From positions 8,556,001 through 8,620,000 of the forward strand of contig OZ176055.1 of assembly GCA_964247055.1 (NCBI GenBank): a DNA stretch of 64,000 bases, given 5' to 3'. Positions 37,875 through 47,900 of the stretch are shown in pieces. A program made the position numbers and the translations under genes. The notes beneath the pieces are model-generated. The model saw only the letters and a list, made by a program, of their open reading frames with translations. It made no database searches and was not told the DNA's origin. Each line of letters opens with the position of its first letter. Positions within the stretch are counted from its first letter, which is position 1. The DNA is from Paragordius varius. Taxonomy: Eukaryota; Animalia; Nematomorpha.

Positions 37875-39841
37875 ATGACACCTGATGATAATTTTGAGTT
37901 CGATAATGCCATTCTTGAGCAGCAAAGAAATATTGAAAAAGAAGTTTTATCCATATATTTAACACTAACACTAATTTAGACTTCGATTAATGAGTTAATT
38001 GGCCCCAAGTTGGACATTAATTTTCCATTTTACGATGATAACATATATAAGCAAAAAATTAAAGTTAAATCATAATTATTATATTAAAGAATCTCACTAC
38101 CCAATATTCAAGTATACGACATGTTCGAGGTGATGGCAATTGTTTTTACAGAGCTTTTGCATTTTCTTTTTTTGAATATTTATGGAATCATAAACATGAA
38201 ATTTTAAAGTATAAATTTTTTACGCTATTATAATGCAAGATTTACAGAAATATGCGATGCTTATCGAAATTTAATTATAAGTTATGGATTGGCCGAATAT
38301 ATTTTGGATGATTTTTTGGATGCGGTTTTAATGGCTACAAAAGTCGCCGAGGAATCAAATTCCGTTCTATTTCAACTTGAAAACATTTTTAATGATGAAA
38401 CTACCTCAAATTATATAGTCATGTTTTTTAGGTTTTTTACTTAATATATTTTGTAGATTAATAACTTCCTGCTCAATAAAAAACAATGCGGAAATGTATC
38501 AAAATTTTATCGAAGGCTACAAAACGGTTGATGATTTCTGTGCAAATGTAATAATTTTTGTTTTCTTTACCATATTTTATTGCAGAGATTATTTAGATTA
38601 GTTTTTAGACTAAAATCACTGTTTTTAACCGTTTGTAGAACAGAATATATATGATTTTGTTAATTTTTTTTCAATTTAATGGTATTTTAGGCGGTTTAAT
38701 AATAAGGTGTAATAAATGTAAAAGTGCAAAAAATCACGGCACCAGATATTTTTATTTAATTTTCGAAAAATGGATCCTTACTTATATATCGAACATCCCA
38801 AATTTACCCTTGAACATTCGATACAATGTATTAAAAAGGTGAATGTTGGTAAGTGTATTAGAAAGGTGAAAAATTAGAAATGTTTAAGGGTGTTGTAGTG
38901 TTTAGGGGCCAATTTTAGGTGTAAATGGTCTTATTATAATAATAGCATATACTTAATTTACAAGCAAATTTATTAATTTTATAAAATCAGTCTTTAGGTT
39001 TAATATTATTATGTTACATTATTTTCCCTAGTTTGATGATTAACCTAAAGGATATCCTTATAATATAATGAATGGCCAATACCAATTACTTTAATTATTT
39101 GGATACTTATAAAAAATAAATTTAACCCCTTTGTGTTTTAATTTTAAATTTAACTTTTCTTCATACACTATATTTCAAATTTTAATCATTTTAGCTTTAT
39201 TTTTGATTATCCTTAATTTGTTTTAAGTCATAGTGTTTTTCGAACAAATCAAAATTGATGAATGTGGCTATTTTTATATATTTGACTATACATGGCATTC
39301 TTATTATTTACATTGGTATGGAGGGCTATTAAGGTTTATTCATTACGCTTTTTTTGCATACTTTTTATGAATGTTTTGAATCAGGAGTTTACATACTTTT
39401 TTGGCTTTTGCAGCTTAATTAATTCGTTTGGAACTGGCTTTTAAGCATTTTCATATAACCTATTTACAATGTAAGCCTAAAACTCGATTACAATTGCGAT
39501 TTATTATGGCATTATGTATACCATTTACTCTTCAAATCACCCTTGAACAATTCAAAGTCACCTTAAAATATATTATGTGTTTTTTAAAGATTAAAAACTA
39601 CCTATATATATTTTTAAAAATGAAATTATGTTTAAAATTAGAAAAATACGGAAAAAATAATAAACTAAACCATAAAGATATATTTTATATTAATAATAAG
39701 TTAATTAGCCCAAAAACACATAATTTATTTTTATGATAAATTCGAATTGTTCAAGGGTGAATAATTAAAAGTGAATTTTAATTGTAACCTTAATTATTAA
39801 GGTGTGTTTTTTAACAATTTTGAGAAACCATATATTTGATC

Positions 39842-39880
<39 letters not shown>

Positions 39881-40469
39881 TGCTTAAGAAATAGTTTTCA
39901 ATCTTTATGGGGTGGGTCCTACTAATTGGCAAACTTCCTAGTTAACTTTTTTTTATATAAGGAGGATAAAATTAAAAAACGTATAAGACAACTAACTATT
40001 TTAAACATTGTTTTTTCCACATAATCGCATATGATTACAATCTTGAAATATATATATAATTGATGAATGGGATGATAAAAATTCAAATCTCATTTATTTA
40101 ACACAAAATGATAAGTTTTATACGTAAAAAATATAGGTTTTTTGAAAAAGTATGGTGGTTGTCTTTTAGTTTTTTTTACGATTCGTCCTGTATAATCAAT
40201 TTATAATTGCATATGTTTAGGAAGTTGAAGTTATGAACCGTGAAAGTGATCATATCCATATTTTAGCACTAACAACTGCTTTGGAATGTTGTACCCTTAT
40301 AGAATATTTAGATCGTTCTTCCTCTACGTCGACGACGACAAATGCCACCGACGCAATGACTCATCATATATTCGCTGCAGGGCCTGATGAAAAAACTCAC
40401 CCTAAAGTCTACTTACTTTACCGCCCTGGTCATTATGACATTATATATCCTGTTACACGCGCTGTTTAA
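37875..40469 (+). CDS. OTUB1: Otubain deubiquitinase
   Basis: Exons 37875-37943, 37980-38063, 38090-38208, 38240-38431, 38457-38547, 40221-40469. Catalytic RGDGNCFYRAF and YRPGHYDI intact; also ESDHIHILAL. Confidence 0.95.
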
Positions 40470-40570
40470 ATATAATGCATTACACCTCTAATTCACACTT
40501 GAACTTTTTCAAATTCCCCCTAAAAATAAATTACTCTGTGTTTTTTGGGGGCTAGTTTAACTTATCATTA

Positions 40571-40778
40571 CAATCATGTGTGTTTAGAATTGTCAAACAT
40601 ACGTTTTTAATTGGTTTGTTTTACTTTGTTTTTAATTGTTAACAATAAATAGGCTATTAATATTTTAAGGCTTAAAAATGCGCATGTTGAAAGTTGACAC
40701 ATCAAACAGCATAACAACTAAAAACAATTTAAAATCAATTAAAAACGTATGTTTGACACTTCTAAACATACATGACTG
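40571..40778. mobile_element. CAGTCATG-type MITE nested inside a family A MITE (about 40488-40914)
   Basis: TA-flanked inverted ends CAATCATGTGTGTTTAGAATTGTCAAACATACGTTTTT / AAAAACGTATGTTTGACACTTCTAAACATACATGACTG. Confidence 0.7.
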
Positions 40779-41111
40779 TAATAAGAAATGTTTCCCTATC
40801 GCATATCTATATTATGTTAATTTAAACAAAGTTTTATAAATGTTTTTTGATTCAAAAATATATGATCATTTTTTGGGTGAATTTGAAATTAAGGATGTTG
40901 TGAGGTGTAAATGGTGTACATATATATATCAATAAATTGATTTATATGATGGTTGTAATTCAAATATTAACAATAATATAAAAATACTATAGTATATATA
41001 AAATGTATATTAATCAACATACTACAAACGTACAATGAATGCTTGAATGTGTATATTTAAATAACACTGATTTATTATTTGTGAGTTTGATGAATACAAA
41101 ATATTATAAAA

Positions 41112-43546
41112 TTATTTTTTTCCACGTGTACCCCAAAAGCCTTCGGGCGGGCCCCGTTTTCCTTCGAAATCCATCAATAGGTTACTTAAAGCTGTCGCCC
41201 TAGCCTTTTTCCGTAACACATGAATTAAAGGGATAGAGTATGCATTATATTCGTATCCTTCATGTTCTTTGTTGGCGTCAACTAATTCTGTAAAAAAATT
41301 TATGTGATCACCCCAAATTTTTATTTTTTAGAGTGCAGAATAATCATTGGTAAGCTAAATTTACCACATTTTATAGTTTATAAATATGATAAAATTATTG
41401 GATAATTGTTATTTTGAATGCAAACTATAATATTAGAAAAAAATCAGCTTTAACACTTCATAAACTTATAAATTTTTACGTGAAGAATACAATTTTAAAG
41501 GGGCTTTTTTAATAAATCACAGTAGTCAAAGGTATTTTGGCTAAATATATATATATGTAAACATACCATTTTTATATTGAACACAAAATTTTACTATTTG
41601 ACATTTTACAACCTTCATGGTTTAAAATTTGGATATAATTTTGACAATTGAAAAAACAGCTTATATAATTAAACAATTACCCAAAATTTGGTGAAAATTA
41701 CATATAAAAGCCTGCTATTTTTAAGAATTTTAAAAATTTGTGGCAAAAAGATGGAAATCAAGATTAATACAGCTAGGCCATAGCAAATTGGCCTAATATC
41801 ATAGATATTTTTTACATTCACGGGTTAAACTACCCCAAAGATAAAAGAAGTTTTAATAATTAATTTTTCTTATTTGAGACGAATAGTTAGAAAATACTCA
41901 AGAAATATTGATTTTAAATATATAAATAAAAATAACCTGAATTCTCAAGCAAATACCGATTTAATTCTCTTCTGCGTCTTTTACCTGTATTAATAAATTT
42001 GTAAATTTTAGATAACCCTTTTATGTTTAATAAAAGCATTATATAATTGAAATATATTTTAGAATATATAATAAACTCTTCGTCATTCTTATGAGATAGT
42101 TACGCGATAGGCAAATTTTAGTACCAGATAATTAGTCTAGGACACATACTTTTTATTTAAATACCATCATGTCTAATTTTTGGGTTTAGTTTTTAAAGAA
42201 ATTTTTGGACAGAGGGACGCACAGGCTTTTCCGATAAAAATTTTAAGGTGAAAACGCCATATAATAGATATACATCCAAAAAAGGAAATCCGCAAAACCG
42301 ATGATTATTAGTATTTTGTATGACACATTTTAAAATATGGACTAAAGGCTCAGGATTTTTATCATATGTTAATAATAATGTAATAGGTTAAAAAACCAAG
42401 TATATTAGGGCAAATTAGTTTTGGATTGTGCATGTAATGGTTTTCGCAAAAGTTTTAGTTATCGAGTTGTTAATGCCAAAACGTATGTATATTATTGAAT
42501 TATGCTCAGCCTATATTAATTTTACCGGATTAGGCTAGAACACCTAGAGTTACACCAAAATAATGATTTTTTGCCAAAAAATTATGGGACAATTATCGTT
42601 GAAAAATGAAAGTCATAAACTTTGACAAATTTTTTGACATGCAACTATTTTAATTTAGAATAAAGTTTCGACCGAAGGCATAAACTTTAAAATTTTGCAT
42701 GAATCCGTATTTCATTTCAAAATATCCAAAGTTTTATACTATTTTTACATAAATAATGATTTGTTAAATTTTAAGACTTTTAGGGAAACTACTTTTTTGG
42801 AACATGTAGTATTATAAATTTATTATACTTGAGTGTAACCCTGAAATTCTTTAACCAGATTCAAACTTTAATCTTTGGCTATCTATTTCTCCAAAAAACG
42901 CACAAAAAGGAGGAAGAAAATGCAATCATTCATACGATTTATCTTACTCTATATTCTTAAATATAAACAAAATTTGATGATAGTCTTTATATTTTAATAA
43001 TATGTTTAAAGTTCATTTAAAGATAATTAAATACCCAAGAATATTCAAACTTTGACGCTTTACTCATTGCCTTATTTATATTTGTAAGCGTAATATACCG
43101 TAATTCAGGCCTAAGAAAGGTAGGAGTTTTCTGTAACCTTCCACATCAATTTCATTGGGTTTTTCCATTTCACGGTTTTGATTATGTTTTGTGCCCGAAG
43201 AAACATATTCCAAGGGGGACTATTTTTAATTATTCAATTTGGCCNNNNNNNNNNNNNNNNNNNNNNNNNNNNNNNNNNNNNNNNNNNNNNNNNNNNNNNN
43301 NNNNNNNNNNNNNNNNNNNNNNNNNNNNNNNNNNNNNNNNNNNNNNNNNNNNNNNNNNNNNNNNNNNNNNNNNNNNNNNNNNNNNNNNNNNNNNNNNNNN
43401 NNNNNNNNNNNNNNNNNNNNNNNNNNNNNNNNNNNNNNNNNNNNAGAGATCATTAGTTATAGTTTATCTACCTTAAATTGGGCCATATTGCTTTGACATA
43501 ATACTGTAAGAATAATTAGATTTGTAAATAATACTAAGCCAAACAT
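41112..43546 (-). CDS. Tk: Tachykinin-related neuropeptide precursor (about 139 aa, more if exons lie in the gap)
   Basis: Exons 43546-43472, 43219-43099, 41984-41937, 41287-41112, all GT-AG and in phase: MFGLVLFTNLIILTVLCQSNMAQFK/SPLEYVSSGTKHNQNREMEKPNEIDVEGYRKLLPFLGLNYG/KRRRRELNRYLLENSE/LVDANKEHEGYEYNAYSIPLIHVLRKKARATALSNLLMDFEGKRGPPEGFWGTRGKK*. Contains a signal peptide, basic cleavage sites and FxGxR-G-KK. Confidence 0.82.
43245..43444. other. Assembly gap (200 N)
   Basis: Run of N; lies in intron 1 of the neuropeptide precursor. Confidence 1.
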
Positions 43547-44922
43547 GATGTAAAGATAAAATTATTAAAATTTATTTATCTTATACAAATAGTGGGAATC
43601 ATATTGCTTTGCATGAGAACGAAAAATAAAATTATGGAAAAATCATAAAGTGTACACAAAAAAATTATTCATAATTTTTCAAATGCGCTGCTGCGCACTT
43701 TAATTTAATAAAAAATTTATTAGGTGTTATAGTTGAAAATTAAAACAACAGGTATCTCTGCATGGAATATTAACATTAATAATTAATGGGATATATGAAA
43801 TGTGAAAACGATATGATCACGAAAGATATGGAAAGTATAAAAAATTAAAAATAAAATAATCCTAAATTATTGGATACTAAAAAACAGAGTAACACCTAGC
43901 GTGCTTTGTGTTGATTTAAAAAATTATAAACCCTTGAAAAAACTAATCAAAGTTAGAAATTGTACCTTTTTCCCTTAAAATATTACTTTAACAAAAAATA
44001 TCTTTTTACAGTTTTTATTTTTTTAGCAAAGAGTGTTGTTTAAAATAAAATCAAAATTTAATTTGGATTCATGATTGCATGTAACTTAATACGCATAATT
44101 ATTTTATTAATTAATAAATTGAGTGTGTGTGTGACTGAGCTCAATTCATCCAGAAGAAACACATGGGGTGATTTTTTAATTATTTTAGTAACTAAAATGG
44201 TTCCTTTATTCTATCTCGGATTTATATAATGTATTTTTTGGTGGTTCATTACGTTTAATAACTGTTTTCTCAAACCATTGGACATCTTAATAATAATTTT
44301 TTTTAATGGATCTGCTATAAATAAGGTAGGCAAATGTATGCTTAAAATTAAATAAAAACACACATAATAAACCTTGAGATTTTTCTTTAATTAAAATGAA
44401 ACGTTGAAAATATAATTTTCTATTTCTTTTATTATTAAATTAATTAATTAGATCATTTTTAGATGAGATGGTGGATCTTATCTTAGGATAAAAAAATTGA
44501 TCATTTAATTAATATTATTACAGACAACACAAATCAGAAAGATACTTTTAGATTCAACTAGATGGAAATTTTCTGCAGACTAATATTTATAAGATTTTTT
44601 GAAACGAAAGTCTCTAAAACCTTAACATAAATTTTGGCCATTTTATAATTAAAATTATATTTCAGCAATTAACTTAATTAACATACACAAGCTATTTCTT
44701 AATGCATACATATTACATCATTTAGTAACAAAAAAATTTTTTTTGCTAATCTATTATGCATATTACATATAAAATACAATAATCATATATTTATGAGCAA
44801 ATTAATTTATTTAGATATATTAATGCGTACTACATAAAAATATAATTTAAAAATTTAGGTAGGTTTTGAATCTTTTTTAAAAAATATTTATATTATTTCA
44901 AAATGATTGGAATTCGTTTTCG

Positions 44923-47900
44923 TCAATCATAAAAGATATTGGTAATGTGACCGATACCACGCATAGACGCTTCCCTTAAAATTAATTTGGAGCCAATTTT
45001 TAAATATTGCGGAGATCGTAAAAATCTGAATACTGCGGTTCCAGATTCGTTGGTTTTAAGGTTTTCCTAAAGATTAAAAATATATGTTAAGCACAAAAAT
45101 AATTATTTTTTCAACAGCAAAACGCGAAAGAACCGTATATTTGAAGCTTTTTTTTAAAAAACCCACATCAGACTTTATTCTTGGTATATCACCCTAATGA
45201 TTAAGGATATTGGACATGTTAACATTAAAGCTATAAAAAATAAAATAAATCAAAGAGTTCACTCTTTGCCAAAAAAAGATTGTAGGATATGGTGAATTTG
45301 CTCATACAGGTGCGGGGAATAATTAATGAAAAAAAACCTAGTAAAATTGAGTTTAATACTACTGGAAAAAATTAACTTTGTGAAATTGTGTAATAATTTA
45401 TAAGCATAACAATTATGATAGTGCATAATCCCAGATTGACGATAATATAAGCCATCGTCTACTAACTTTGCGTTCTTGGGTTTAATTGATTCACGTTGTG
45501 TCGTTTGATTGAGTTTTCGATGTTGGTGATTACCTCTGTTTTTATCATTTGGGGATTCCCTTTACATATATGTTCTGATAGACCAAAAAGTAGTTTATTA
45601 TTGCGAATGAGTATGAGTTGTGTTCATTGAGTCTGTGTTAATACTTCCAGTTTCTCCAATATATATTTGATCACAGGAACACGTGGCTTGATATATTCCT
45701 GGTAATCGGTCACGTGAAATAAGATCTTTGTATTTAATGTGATTGATCAATCTAGACATTGGTTTGTTAACTGTTCGAATGTTGAATTTATTTAAAATTT
45801 TCCCACGTTTTTGTAGTAACACTGTTGACAAAAGGTAAACAGGCTGTAAAGATAAACTCTTCGTTATTGTTATTATTTTGTTTGTAGCTTTAAAGTGTAT
45901 TCAATCAAAAAGTTTAAAAGAAGCCATTTTGGTTGAAAGATTGTAGGAGAAATTATAGCTCAGTAGTTTTGACTCATATTGAATCGCAGATACCATATGA
46001 TCTGTGGATGAGAGTTCGGATTACAGATTGTTCTTGTCTAAGGTAGTGGTAGTAGGAAAACGGGTTGAGGTACAAGGGTGCCAAATAATAAAAACATATA
46101 TTAATGCCCAACATTGAAAACCCAATCAAACGACACGTACGTGAATCAATTGACATTAAAAAACGCAAAGTTAGTCCAAACAGAGACGATGGCTTATTGT
46201 GTTATCGTTAATCTGGGATTATGCACTATCATAATTGTTATGTTTATATATTACACATTTCACAAAGTTAATGTAGGGATAAATGGTTTTTTTTCAATAG
46301 TATAATCTTATTGTTATTGGTGTTTTTTTTATCAATTACCTTTCCCCGCACCTGTATGAGTAAATGGAATTTACAATTTTATACAATCTTTATTTGACAA
46401 AGAGTAAACTATATCACTCGAAAATATATTTTTAATTTTTATTTTATAAATTCGCATTTATTCTTTACTATTCTATTATAAAAAAACAAGTTTTATGCAA
46501 AAATTTATTGTTAAATTGCTTTACATTCACACCGTACTTCTTATAATTCAAAATTATTTCAACTATGTAAAAAAATCAATTATATAGGCTAACCACCTGT
46601 TCAAAAAGTTTTTCTAGTATAAGAGTTTGTCGTATATTTCGGACATATACGGTTATTTGTGAGTTTGTGGATAAATGAGTAGCATGATAAAGGATATGAA
46701 TTTCGGCTTCAAATCTGTACACTGCTTTAGGATTTAATTCAGGGGCTAATATGACCATACCCTATATGCATACACGAATAGGTCAAATTAAAAAATCTTT
46801 TTTTTGAAATATTATTAAAATAAAGTTGCGTTTTCCTAAATTTAGGAATAAATCCATCAATAATAATAGAAAAAAAAACTTAAAAATTTCATCGATTATT
46901 ATAACAAATTAGCTAAAATATAGGGATTTAATTTATTTAATTTAATAATACATTATATTTGCCCTATTTTTAAATTACTAAATGGGATCTAAACATTAAT
47001 TTCAAAAACTGTTGTTAATAAATAAAAATTTACTTTGGATATTATTTTTGAGAGCATATCTCGAATGCGTTTGTTAAGGGCTTCATTAGCATCGTATCCA
47101 ATTTTATCGTAAGTCGTTTCCCGTATAATCCCTAAAATAAATAAAAAATACAATCCAAATTAAATAATTCATTAATTAAGTAATTGTTTAAAAAGTATTA
47201 GCTATTAAAAAATAATATTAATAATTGAATATTAAAGGAGAGTTCATGTAGGTTAACAAACAAAGATAACTCTATTAGAGAAAAGGTTTGAAACTTAAAG
47301 AAAAAAATACAAAATATGGTAAAATACTGAGAGTTATAAAAGTTAGAAAAAAAATCTAAAAAGAAAGTCATAAAAGAACCGATTATAACTGTAAAAACAA
47401 AAACCAAAAGTCAAAAAACTAATATATTAACATGTTACAAGATTTTTTAGATAGGAGTATAATCCTAATTAATATATTGCCTCCCCCCATAAAATATAAC
47501 TTAAAATCCTTAGACTTTGCAAAAAAAGTAATTAGGTAATTATTACGTTTATGTTGATGACTAGCAGTGTAATGATTAAATTTAGTTTTATCATATGAAT
47601 TCGTTGTTTCTCCATTTTTTATTCCATGATTGTGATTCGTTTTATTAGAGGTTGATAACAATTGAATCTCTATGGTGGCACATTCACCCCGACATATAGC
47701 TTTACGAATCATTCGACATCTCCGGATAGATTTTACACAAATAGGCCAAAATTCTTGGCTGTTGTTTGAAATTGAAAATTCCATTAAAGTACTTTTATTT
47801 TCATTTTTGTTTTTGTGTTCGTTATTTAAAGAAAAACTGTTTATATTAGAATTGCTTATATTTGCGGTACTATTTTGATGGTATTGTTGGGGTATAGGAC

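Noticed and set aside
43178-43496. ORFs spanning the N run
   Set aside because: Artefacts of translating through the assembly gap.
45120-45185. Hammerhead-like CTGATG..stem..CAAA on the minus strand beside the Penelope remnant
   Set aside because: The core deviates (CUGAUGU, CAAA instead of GAAA) and stems I and III do not pair convincingly; it would need an Infernal search to rescue.
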